Below, piece by piece: positions 19,779-29,029 of a stretch of DNA of 64,000 nucleotides. Positions within the stretch are counted from its first letter, which is position 1. Every line of letters starts with the position of its first letter. The notes beneath the pieces were generated by a model. That model did not search any database. It was not told the origin of the DNA and worked only from the letters and a program-made list of their open reading frames with translations. Made by a program: the position numbers and the translations under genes. The stretch comes from Spirochaetota bacterium (lineage in GTDB: Bacteria; Spirochaetota; UBA4802; UBA5550), in the NCBI GenBank assembly GCA_003246895.1, contig QKCL01000013.1, forward strand, positions 4,363-68,362, given 5' to 3'.

Positions 19779-20363
19779 CCGTTCCTCCCTGAACAGATTT
19801 GTTGCGACCTACTCTTCTTTTCGACATTGTATATAATTTAGTGAAACAATTTTAATTTTTCAAGGAATAAATCCTGTTTTTTAATAATTAACATAAAACT
19901 TTCTTCCGAGAATAATATCTTATGTCCCATAAAAAATTGACAGTCTCTCCAAACCAATAATTTTTAAAAAATAGATGCCGTTCAAGCAGTAAATCGGGTC
20001 GACAACGGGATATTCAAAATAAAAACAGGATTTTTCCACACTGTTTCCCGAAAGTATAAAAGATGCCGTATCAAGGAACTGCGGAACCATTATATACAGG
20101 ACCATATCATATTAATTCGTGACCGGCTTTTAAAAAAAGAAACCTGTGGACATTAAATCCAGGCCGTCTGATAGAGCCCTGAAAACAGACCATATCTCCA
20201 ACAACCGCATCTGTTCTTTTACATTTTCACCTTAAAGGCCCGAACCTCAGTAACTGTTCGTAAATCTCATATACATTGAAACAATGCTCTTTCGTAATTC
20301 ATGGAAATTACAGCCTTTAAAACCATCGTAGTGCCCCTTAAGGCACACTTTTTTAAATACTTA

Positions 20364-20391
20364 TTGACTTGAAATATTTAAAAAATAGACT
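20364..20391 (+). promoter_or_regulatory. Sigma70-like promoter of the upp-uraA operon
   Basis: TTGACT-N16-TAGACT. Confidence 0.7.
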
Positions 20392-20421
20392 GTGGGAAAT
20401 AATTCACAGGGCAGGAGACAA

Positions 20422-20454
20422 ATGTTTCATTTTACAGAGGAAACAACTGATTAA
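20422..20454 (+). CDS. Putative leader peptide MFHFTEETTD
   Basis: SD AGGAG at 20413-20417, ATG 20422, TAA 20452-20454, located between promoter and terminator. Confidence 0.55.
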   Translation: MFHFTEETTD

Positions 20455-20469
20455 TCATATATGCAAGCT

Positions 20470-20497
20470 AAACCTGATATAAGTATCAGGTTTTTTT
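20470..20497 (+). terminator. Intrinsic terminator (attenuator) in the upp leader
   Basis: AAACCTGATA-TAAG-TATCAGGTTTTTTT, 62 nt before the upp ATG. Confidence 0.8.
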
Positions 20498-20559
20498 ATG
20501 GTCACCTCTAAATACAGTTTCCGAAAGCCCCAATATATTACAACCAGACGAGGTTAACA

Positions 20560-21180
20560 ATGTACCATGAAATAAACCATCCGCTCCTAAAGCATAAACT
20601 CACGGCACTCAGAGACGAGAATACCAATCACAAGGAGTTCAGGGAACTGGCGAACGAGATAACCATGCTCATATGCTATGAAGCCCTTAAAAATATTGAA
20701 GTTGAAGACTACCTGATCAGAACTCCCATGGCGGAGATGACAGGTAAAAAAGTAAGAAACGACATAGTAGTAGTTCCCATTCTCAGGGCAGGAGTGGGCA
20801 TGCTCGATGGGATACTTACTCTGGTACCGAACGCCCATGTTGGCTTTGTGGGACTCTACAGGGACCATGAAACAAAGGAACCCGTTGAATATTACTGCAA
20901 ACTTCCTGAAAACATGAAGGAACCTCTCGTATTCATTATTGACCCCATGCTGGCCACAGGAGGTTCCGCCATAGCTACAATGGACCTCCTGAAAAAGAAG
21001 GGATTCAACAACATAATCCTTGTTTCAATAATATCCTCACCTGAGGGGATTGAAGCCGTGGAGAATGCTCATCCCGATGTACAGATATTCTCCGGTGAAG
21101 TTGACGAAAAACTTGACGATAACAAATACATAATCCCCGGCCTGGGAGATGCCGGAGACCGACTCTTTGGAACAAAATAA
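20560..21180 (+). CDS. upp: Uracil phosphoribosyltransferase
   Basis: HPLLKHKL, VPILRAG, IDPMLATGGS, YIIPGLGDAGDRLFGTK. Confidence 0.97.
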   Translation: MYHEINHPLLKHKLTALRDENTNHKEFRELANEITMLICYEALKNIEVEDYLIRTPMAEMTGKKVRNDIVVVPILRAGVGMLDGILTLVPNAHVGFVGLYRDHETKEPVEYYCKLPENMKEPLVFIIDPMLATGGSAIATMDLLKKKGFNNIILVSIISSPEGIEAVENAHPDVQIFSGEVDEKLDDNKYIIPGLGDAGDRLFGTK

Positions 21181-21194
21181 TAAAGGATATTATC

Positions 21195-22430
21195 ATGAAT
21201 ATAAAAAAAATAATTCTGGGAATGCAGATGCTCTTTGTGGCATTCGGCTCACTTGTTCTAGTGCCGCTGCTCACAGGACTTGATGCTAGTGTTGCGCTCT
21301 TTACTGCCGGTGTGGGTACAATAATATTCCACATTATAACAAAAGGAAAAGTGCCTGTATTTCTGGCATCCTCATTTGCATACATCGCACCCATAATAGG
21401 CGCCACAAAAATCTACGGACTCAAGGGCACTCTCGGAGGGCTTGTTGCAGCAGGTTTTGTAAAGATGTGCTTTTCTGGACTTATAAAAAAATTCGGAATG
21501 GCTATTGTACATAAATTTCTTCCATCTCATGTTATAGGCCCGGTAATCATAGTTATCGGTCTGAGCCTTGCACCTGTTGCAATAAACATGACAAAGAATG
21601 CCGAAGGACACAACTACAACGTCCTCATAGCACTTGCTGCAATGATGGCTACAATAATTATCTCGCTTTTCGCAAAGGGAACACTGAAACTTATTCCAAT
21701 TCTCGGCGGAATAACCGTAGGATATGGACTGGGCGCAGCACTTGGTGAAGTTAATTTTTCAGTGGTTGCAAATGCGGCATGGTTCAGTGTTCCGAACTTC
21801 ACCTTTCCTGAATTCAATCTGGGAGCCATCCTCTTCATTGTACCTGTGGCTCTTGCTCCGACCATTGAGCATATAGGAGACATTATGGTCATCTCTAATG
21901 TAGCAGGGAAAAAATTCTACGAAGACCCGGGATTCCACAGGACACTTCTCGGTGACGGTGTCGCCACATCAGTCGCGGGTATATTCGGCGGTCCTCCTAA
22001 CACTACATACTCAGAGGTAACAGGGGCCATTGCTCTCACAAAGGTATTTGACCCGAGAGTTCTTCAGATATCGGCCTTTTTCGCAATTGCACTTTCCTTT
22101 TTCGGGAAGCTCGGTGCTCTCCTTAAAACAATACCTACACCTGTAATGGGCGGTATTATGATAATTCTGTTCGGAACAATTGCATCAATAGGCATAAAGA
22201 ACATGATAGAAAACAAGGTCTGTCTCAATTCGAACAAAAACCTGATTATTGTTGCTGTAATACTTGTAACAGGAATAGGCGGTGCAGTCTTGCAGATAGG
22301 ACAGTTCTCCCTTGCCGGAATCGGACTTGCAGGCATAGTGGGTGTTATACTGAATATAATTCTTCCTGAAAAAACCGAAGATCCCAACATAGGGGGAGAT
22401 CTTGAAACAAGGGACCTTGAAAACCTCTAA
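21195..22430 (+). CDS. uraA: Uracil permease (NCS2 family)
   Basis: QMLFVAFG, VPVFLASSFAY, EHIGD, PNTTYSEVTG. Follows upp. Confidence 0.93.
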   Translation: MNIKKIILGMQMLFVAFGSLVLVPLLTGLDASVALFTAGVGTIIFHIITKGKVPVFLASSFAYIAPIIGATKIYGLKGTLGGLVAAGFVKMCFSGLIKKFGMAIVHKFLPSHVIGPVIIVIGLSLAPVAINMTKNAEGHNYNVLIALAAMMATIIISLFAKGTLKLIPILGGITVGYGLGAALGEVNFSVVANAAWFSVPNFTFPEFNLGAILFIVPVALAPTIEHIGDIMVISNVAGKKFYEDPGFHRTLLGDGVATSVAGIFGGPPNTTYSEVTGAIALTKVFDPRVLQISAFFAIALSFFGKLGALLKTIPTPVMGGIMIILFGTIASIGIKNMIENKVCLNSNKNLIIVAVILVTGIGGAVLQIGQFSLAGIGLAGIVGVILNIILPEKTEDPNIGGDLETRDLENL

Positions 22431-22454
22431 AATTATTTAAACCTCATTTGACTC

Positions 22455-22505
22455 TGCACACTGTAATCAGTTTATTATATACAACAATAACTATTACAGT
22501 GTGCA
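22455..22505. repeat. 13-bp perfect inverted repeat
   Basis: TGCACACTGTAAT (22455-22467) and ATTACAGTGTGCA (22493-22505). Confidence 0.85.
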
Positions 22506-22508
22506 TAT

Positions 22509-23432
22509 ATGAAGGCATCGAGATCATTTTTAAAACAGATACAAAAGGCTCTCGCGGAGTCGATTGACCAGAGAACAATGGTTCACCTTGCCCGTGAACT
22601 CATCAATGATTACGACCTTCACAAGCAGAAAAAACTTCCTGAAACATTTGCCATTCCAAGATCTGAAGCCGCTGACCAGATCGTCACTGACATGAACAGG
22701 TACAACCTTATAATTCCCTTTCTCAATATTTTTTTTTCCATACAATTCAAGGGCTACATGGGCAGAACCTACAAAATTTCCGGTTTCCACGAAATCCTTA
22801 AATCCCTCTATGACATGGGGTTCAGCATAGATTCAAAAAACGGGCTGGTATATGAAAACCCCACCTACAGGATAAGCCGGAACTGGGGAGTTCTCCAGGA
22901 GGGCAAGGATTACACATTCTGTTTCATGTGGATAGATATTGTAAAATACTCACTGGCGGTGAAGGAAAATTCAAAAGAAGCCATACAGAGATTCTATAAG
23001 GACTTTATCAAAATAATCAGGGAGTCTGTGGAGAAACGCAACGGCCGGATATGGCTCGTAGAAGGTGACGGTGTTCTGGCAGCTTTCCATTTTTTAAATG
23101 CCACCCAGACAACAGTTCTGGGCTCCATAGAAATACTGCACAGGTTCTTTGATTACAACCGCTTTGAGAATCCACTGACTGAACCGGTTCAGATAAGAAT
23201 ATCAATCAATAACGGAAAATGTGAATACAGCGACAACCATGAAGACACAAAAAAATCCGAAGCCGTACAGCACGTGATCTCTTATGAAAAAAAAGCCGAG
23301 CCTGACACCATTTTTGTATCACGGAATGTGGTCCTGTCTCTCGATGAAATAGTGGCAAATGAACTTAAACCTGTAACCACCGAAGGCATTCCTGAATTCT
23401 ACTTCTACAGGCTCTCATGGGAGGAGAGATAA
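22509..23432 (+). CDS. Class III nucleotidyl cyclase-domain protein (metal-binding half)
   Basis: FMWIDIVKYS, GRIWLVEGDGVLAAF, IRISINNG, AEPDTIFVS. Unrecognised N-terminal domain. Confidence 0.8.
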   Translation: MKASRSFLKQIQKALAESIDQRTMVHLARELINDYDLHKQKKLPETFAIPRSEAADQIVTDMNRYNLIIPFLNIFFSIQFKGYMGRTYKISGFHEILKSLYDMGFSIDSKNGLVYENPTYRISRNWGVLQEGKDYTFCFMWIDIVKYSLAVKENSKEAIQRFYKDFIKIIRESVEKRNGRIWLVEGDGVLAAFHFLNATQTTVLGSIEILHRFFDYNRFENPLTEPVQIRISINNGKCEYSDNHEDTKKSEAVQHVISYEKKAEPDTIFVSRNVVLSLDEIVANELKPVTTEGIPEFYFYRLSWEER

Positions 23433-23433
23433 T

Positions 23434-24411
23434 ATGGAGATCCATATTTTCACAGATAATGATAAACTAAAAGAATACTTCAGGGAAATTGAAGGAGCAA
23501 AGGATTTTTCCCTCACACTAGCCCCTGTTTCATCCTTTAAAAATACAGTAAAAAAACTCAACCACTGCGAAATGATTTACCTCGATATTGATAAAATGGA
23601 TGAGGCTGAAATAAAAAAATACATCGCCTATATGTCCAGACTGGAATTTGTAAGATGCGGTCTCATTGACCCATCAGATTCAGCAAATTCCGTTTCCCAC
23701 CTCTTCCACATGGGATTCTCCGATTATATAGGAAAAAAGGAACTTAAAGCAGGAGTTACACCTCAAAGAATCGCTGAAAACATGCAGTTCAAGGCATGCC
23801 ACCTTCCGCCTGTCAGATCTGACGGAGCAAAACTCAGGGCGATAAAGGCTCCAAACAGCTGGAATTCAATTAAAGAAGGAAAAGAATATACATTTTCAAT
23901 GCTCTTTCTGAGAATTGACCGCATAAAGGAGATGAAAAAAAACTTCGGCCATAAATTCATAGAGCAGATTACCGGCAAATATCTGGGACTCTTTGAAAAA
24001 TCCATTAATGCACACAACGGCAAGCTCTGGAACTGGGATATAAACAAGGGAGTTGCACTCTTCCCATACAATGAAAATTGCGGAGATATTATCCTCTCAG
24101 GGTACAGGTTCATCCGGGACTCCATTCTCTTTTCAGCCGAATACCTTCACTCACCGGTTAAACTTGAATTCACCATTGTCCTGCACCTTGGAAACCTTGA
24201 GTATCACAAAAGGGGTGAGACCGGAACAACTGTTTCCGAGTCAATGAACCTTCTTTACCATGCATCGGAACTGATGGCCAAACCAGGCAACTATTATCTG
24301 TCACAGAATATCTCACCGCACATTCCCGGCGAGATAAGTGACCTCTTCATTGAAGACGGCGAATTTGAAGGATACAGTTTTATGAGGATGAAAAAAATCA
24401 ATCCTTCATAA
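23434..24411 (+). CDS. Receiver-like domain plus degenerate class III cyclase domain
   Basis: IYLDI and LFHMGFSDYIGK (REC-like), FTIVLHLG, VSESMNLLYH, AKPGNYYLS. Paralogous to the upstream ORF. Confidence 0.7.
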   Translation: MEIHIFTDNDKLKEYFREIEGAKDFSLTLAPVSSFKNTVKKLNHCEMIYLDIDKMDEAEIKKYIAYMSRLEFVRCGLIDPSDSANSVSHLFHMGFSDYIGKKELKAGVTPQRIAENMQFKACHLPPVRSDGAKLRAIKAPNSWNSIKEGKEYTFSMLFLRIDRIKEMKKNFGHKFIEQITGKYLGLFEKSINAHNGKLWNWDINKGVALFPYNENCGDIILSGYRFIRDSILFSAEYLHSPVKLEFTIVLHLGNLEYHKRGETGTTVSESMNLLYHASELMAKPGNYYLSQNISPHIPGEISDLFIEDGEFEGYSFMRMKKINPS

Positions 24412-24417
24412 GGGCTT

Positions 24418-25275
24418 TTAAAACCGGAATTCACCGTTTTTCAGAACAGTTTTACCCTTACGGTTTTTTACATGAAACTCATATGCATTCCCCTTCACCT
24501 TTCCATAGAAGAGTGAAAGCTGCTCTCCTGCATAGACCGGAGAAGAGAACCTGCAGCCAACACTTTTCATTTTTCTCCAGTCATCTTTAAGGAGCATGGA
24601 AACAAGGCAGTTCGACACACAGGTCATTGTACAGAGTCCGTGGAGGATTGTTCCACGAAAACCTGCAAGTTTTGCCGCAAAGGAGTTTGTATGTATAAGA
24701 TTGCGGTCTTCTGAAATTTCCGCATAGTCCCGTTCCTGGCCCGGATAGGTCTGAATTTCCGCTTCCTTAAAATCTCCTTCATAAACATCTTTCTCTATAC
24801 CTGTCATGGAACTGGAAGATTTTCTCCCTGTTCTGACAATGAATCCTGATACACTCTTCAGTACTTCCGATTTCCCGGAAAGGCAGACTGTTTCAATTTC
24901 AAAGGATTCTCCGGATCTACAGTCACGGATATTTTTTACATTAAACCGTACACTGTCAACAGAGGAGATTTTCTTCATGTCGGCAAATTCAATCTCCTGC
25001 CATGCATGAACCATTTTAAAAAAATTGACTTTCAGCCTGCGGTCCATTAGAATCTTCTTCATTTCATTAAAGATAAACCTTGAAAAATAAAAAGGCGGAA
25101 CTTCATTTTTTTCAGTCATGTATTTCTCAGCAGAATCAAGCGTGGCCCTGCAGTATCTTCCGATCTCTTCCTTTTCAGAGGTAACATGTAACGGGACTTC
25201 AACAGAGACCCCTTCCATTTCCCTGTTCAGCTTTGAGAATACTGCGCTTCGTAAAATTTTAAAAATATCCTGCAT
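24418..25275 (-). CDS. MaoC-like (R)-specific enoyl-CoA hydratase, double hot-dog fold
   Basis: MVHAWQEI, YAEISEDRNLIH, ILHGLCT, RFSSPVYAG. Confidence 0.85.
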   Translation of the reverse strand: MQDIFKILRSAVFSKLNREMEGVSVEVPLHVTSEKEEIGRYCRATLDSAEKYMTEKNEVPPFYFSRFIFNEMKKILMDRRLKVNFFKMVHAWQEIEFADMKKISSVDSVRFNVKNIRDCRSGESFEIETVCLSGKSEVLKSVSGFIVRTGRKSSSSMTGIEKDVYEGDFKEAEIQTYPGQERDYAEISEDRNLIHTNSFAAKLAGFRGTILHGLCTMTCVSNCLVSMLLKDDWRKMKSVGCRFSSPVYAGEQLSLFYGKVKGNAYEFHVKNRKGKTVLKNGEFRF

Positions 25276-25413
25276 GCTGTTCCGCCTCCTGTCAAAAAAT
25301 TTATTACAGATATTTTATTCATTGAAAATATAAAATTAGTCAGATAATATGCTGTACAGAATTTATTTACTCTATGATATATTTTTTACAACAATAAAAG
25401 GTGCCTTTTATAT

Positions 25414-25836
25414 ATGCATGAATCCGGATACAGAAACCCCATACCCACTGTGGACATAATCATTGAAACAACCGGTTCTGAAAAAAATGGAATTGTGCTC
25501 ATAAAACGCAGAAACCCTCCATACGGCTGGGCTATTCCAGGAGGTTTTGTTGATTACGGGGAAACCCTTGAAAATGCAGCTGTACGTGAAGCGCTGGAAG
25601 AGACCTCACTGAATGTAAAGCTTCGGGGGCAGTTCCATTCATATTCAGATCCGGCCAGAGATGAAAGACTCCATACTGTAACAACTGTATTTATTGCCGC
25701 TGCAGATGGAGACCCCGTTGCAAATGATGACGCGGCTGATGCGGCAATCTTCTCTTCACATGATCTCCCCGATGAAATAGCCTTTGACCATCGCGATATA
25801 CTGGACGACTACTTTACAGGAAAATACCGGGTTTAA
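25414..25836 (+). CDS. NUDIX hydrolase
   Basis: Nudix box [33 protein letters not shown]. Confidence 0.93.
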   Translation: MHESGYRNPIPTVDIIIETTGSEKNGIVLIKRRNPPYGWAIPGGFVDYGETLENAAVREALEETSLNVKLRGQFHSYSDPARDERLHTVTTVFIAAADGDPVANDDAADAAIFSSHDLPDEIAFDHRDILDDYFTGKYRV

Positions 25837-25837
25837 C

Positions 25838-28009
25838 ATGACACCTTCGAAATTCATGCTCAGAGTTGCCAACCTGACACTTGATGTACTCTTTAAATCT
25901 GCTGATACAGATATCCGTGTTCATGGGCTGGAGAATGTTCCGGACAAAAACGTTCTCTATGTGGTAAATCATTTCACAAGAATAGAAACTGCAATAATTC
26001 CCCATGCCCTAAAAAAGCATCTGGGCCAGCTTTCGATCTCTCTGGCATCCCATGAATTCTTCAATGAATCATCTAAAAAATTTCTTAACAGTATAGGAGC
26101 CGTTTCTACAAAGGACCCTGACCTCGACAGAATACTAACCAGCTCCCTGCTTAAAGGAGATATGGCAGTTGTTGTATATCCAGAAGGCCAGATGATAAAG
26201 GACAAGAAACTGGTTGAGAAAGGAAAATTTCTGGTATACAATTCAGGCATAAGAAGGCCTCCCCACACCGGCGCAGCACGGATTGCACTGAGGGTCGAAC
26301 TTCTCCGCCAGGCCATAAAAAAATTTCATGAAAACGGCCATGATTCTGAAATAAAAAAAATATTCAGTAAATTTGACCTGAAGAACCGTGACCTCACCGG
26401 CATAATAATGGGCACAACACAGATTGTACCTGTAAACATAACCTATTACCCCATAAGGGCAAAAAACAATCTCATAAAAAGAGCTGTTGAATTGTTTAAG
26501 GGGGAGACAACCGGCAGATTCGCCGAAGAGCTTGAAGTTGAGGGAACCATGCTCTCCCAGGGTGTTGACATTGACATCAACTTCGGACGGCCCCTGAAGA
26601 TAAACAGATTTCTGAAAAACACGGGACTCCTGAAAAAGGCAATGGAATACACTGATGAAATGGATACCTTTGAGGCAATCAGGAAACTGTCCATACGCAA
26701 GCCTTCAATAAGACTAATGCAGAGATATATGCGGGCAATTTACGGGCTCACTACAGTCAACCATGACCATATATTTGCATACATTCTGAAGAAACATCCC
26801 CATACCAGAATCGGGGATTACGACTTCAAGAACCGTGCTTCCCTTGCCATTGAGCGGATAAGAATGCAGAAAGTTAACAATTTTCATACAACTCTTGTGA
26901 AAGGTGATGAAAACATAGGTGCGGATATTTTTCATGAGAAGTACCAGAGTTTCATTGATGAATGTGTCCGTAACGGGCTCGTCGAAATGGACGGCCATGT
27001 AATAGTAAAAAACAGGAAAAAGTTTTCATCCACATTTGCATTTCACAGAATCAGGAAGGATAATTTTCTCGAGGTCCTCTGCAATGAAATAGAGCCGCTC
27101 AGTGAACTCATGAGCATTCTGCGCAGAATAATGATACTCCCTCCACTTATCATAAAGATGCAGATTAAAAAAACTTTTCTGAAACTGGATAAAGACATTT
27201 TCCATGAAGACTACAGGGTAAATATGATTGAAGGAGAATCCAAGCCTCCCTGCATCGGAGAACCTTTTTTCTTTAAGAGCCCGTTCAACAGACACGGCGT
27301 GATTCTCATACACGGATACATGTCTGCTCCTGAGGAGGTCCGGCAGCTGGCAGAGAAGATACACAGCGCCGGATATGCCGTATACGCTGTACGTCTCAGG
27401 GGCCATGGGACATCACCCGAAGACCTTGCAGGCAGAAACTGGAAGGAATGGAATGAGTCGGTGAACAGGGGATATGTAATAATGAAAAATTCTGTAAAGG
27501 ACTTCGCGGTTGCTGGTTTCTCCACCGGTGCCGGACTTGCCCTTCTTCAGGCTGCGAAGAAACCTGACAAATTCAGAGGCGTCATATCCATAAGCGCGCC
27601 GCTAAAGCTAAACGACATTAGGGCCCATTTTTCCGGAGCTGTAACTCTATACAACAATCTGCTTAAACGTTTCCACATTGAAAAGGGTAAAAAGGATTTT
27701 GTCCCCAACGAACCGGAAAACCCGCAGATAAACTATTTCAGAAACCCCATTTCTGGAACCCACGAACTGGGTAAACTTATGGATGTCGTAAACCGAAACC
27801 TGAAAAAAATTAAAATACCCGCACTCATAATACAGGGTGACCATGACCCCACAGTAAATCCTGAAAGTGCTGAAAAAATCTATAGTAAAATCGGTTCTAC
27901 GAAAAAAGAACTGGTTTATATTTCATCTGAAAAACACGGAATAATAAGGGACGACAAACTTGAAGATGCAGCTCCCCATGTACTGAAATTTTTAAAAGAA
28001 ATTTTTTAA
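25838..28009 (+). CDS. Acyltransferase (PlsC/PlsB-like) fused to alpha/beta-hydrolase (carboxylesterase)
   Basis: NHFTRIET and YPEG in the N-half. LIHG, GHGTS, GFSTG nucleophile, GDHDPTV and KHG in the C-terminal domain. Confidence 0.88.
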   Translation: MTPSKFMLRVANLTLDVLFKSADTDIRVHGLENVPDKNVLYVVNHFTRIETAIIPHALKKHLGQLSISLASHEFFNESSKKFLNSIGAVSTKDPDLDRILTSSLLKGDMAVVVYPEGQMIKDKKLVEKGKFLVYNSGIRRPPHTGAARIALRVELLRQAIKKFHENGHDSEIKKIFSKFDLKNRDLTGIIMGTTQIVPVNITYYPIRAKNNLIKRAVELFKGETTGRFAEELEVEGTMLSQGVDIDINFGRPLKINRFLKNTGLLKKAMEYTDEMDTFEAIRKLSIRKPSIRLMQRYMRAIYGLTTVNHDHIFAYILKKHPHTRIGDYDFKNRASLAIERIRMQKVNNFHTTLVKGDENIGADIFHEKYQSFIDECVRNGLVEMDGHVIVKNRKKFSSTFAFHRIRKDNFLEVLCNEIEPLSELMSILRRIMILPPLIIKMQIKKTFLKLDKDIFHEDYRVNMIEGESKPPCIGEPFFFKSPFNRHGVILIHGYMSAPEEVRQLAEKIHSAGYAVYAVRLRGHGTSPEDLAGRNWKEWNESVNRGYVIMKNSVKDFAVAGFSTGAGLALLQAAKKPDKFRGVISISAPLKLNDIRAHFSGAVTLYNNLLKRFHIEKGKKDFVPNEPENPQINYFRNPISGTHELGKLMDVVNRNLKKIKIPALIIQGDHDPTVNPESAEKIYSKIGSTKKELVYISSEKHGIIRDDKLEDAAPHVLKFLKEIF

Positions 28010-28882
28010 AAATTTTCCGGATTCATTTTTTATTTTCTCAAATTTTCTTTCAACCTTAATAAATGCTCCTGTAAAAAATGCAGGTGCAACATCTGTAATA
28101 TAATAATCTGGAATATATCCTGTCATATAATTATAAAAATAAAAAACTAAAATCCCTATAGTAATTACAATTGTTGTAAGTGGATTTGCCTGATTACTGC
28201 TTAGCTTCCTACTAAAGAGATCTTTATATTGAGAAATTCTTTTGTTTACCTCAATTGAATTTTCAGCTTTACCCGGCAGGGGGAGAGCCTTTAGCAGAAC
28301 ACTCAGATAAATAATAATGTAAAACATTATACCGGTAATAAAAAAGATAGATATAACATTACTAAACTTAAGATTAAGGATTCTCTCTTCAGGCAGATCA
28401 TGTGTTACAATTCTTTTTAAATTAAAAAACTCAATAAAGGTCAACATAAAGATATTGATGCAGTAAAGAATCAGTTTATTTTTCTTTTTAATTTTCTTTA
28501 ACACTACTGCACTATACACTACCGGAATTACAGGAATAAGCAAAATAACATCCACAATTTCATGATTCATAAACCCCAGATTCAGAAACAGTGAATATAT
28601 GTATATCATGGAAATAATATGTATGACCCTTTCATTAACTTTCGGCAGAATTTCCTTCTGAAACAAAAAAACTATACCAACCATCAATGCAAAAGGAAAT
28701 ACCAGAAATGAATTATTAATAGAGTGAACTGCGTTGTATTTCCCCGGGAACAACGAAATTAGCACAGAAAAACTAACAACTATAATGGTATTTTTAGAGA
28801 ACAGACGAAACCGTAAACTTATCACACTATAGAAAAATACTGAAAATGTCATTATTAAACCAATCTGTTTTTCAACGTCCAT
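27992..28882 (-). CDS. Hypothetical multi-pass membrane protein
   Basis: 296-aa hydrophobic ORF, visibly AT-richer than neighbours. Confidence 0.75.
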   Translation of the reverse strand: MDVEKQIGLIMTFSVFFYSVISLRFRLFSKNTIIVVSFSVLISLFPGKYNAVHSINNSFLVFPFALMVGIVFLFQKEILPKVNERVIHIISMIYIYSLFLNLGFMNHEIVDVILLIPVIPVVYSAVVLKKIKKKNKLILYCINIFMLTFIEFFNLKRIVTHDLPEERILNLKFSNVISIFFITGIMFYIIIYLSVLLKALPLPGKAENSIEVNKRISQYKDLFSRKLSSNQANPLTTIVITIGILVFYFYNYMTGYIPDYYITDVAPAFFTGAFIKVERKFEKIKNESGKFLKNFF

Positions 28883-29029
28883 TCAGTTCCCCGCAAGTAG
28901 TTCTAAAAAATCTATATTATGGAGCACCCGGTTTTACTACACTTTTTTACTTCGGTTCAGAAAAAGTGTGGTAAATAACTAAACATAAAACTTTTGTTAT
29001 TATAATAATAAATTACTTGAGGTATATCC

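Noticed and set aside
20150..20185. AAATCCAGGCC as a possible PyrR binding loop
   Set aside because: Does not match ARUCCNGNGAGGYU and lies upstream of the upp promoter.
19937..20354. tmRNA or RNase P RNA in the long intergenic gap
   Set aside because: No tRNA-Ala-like ends and no GAGGAAAGTCC signature seen on either strand.
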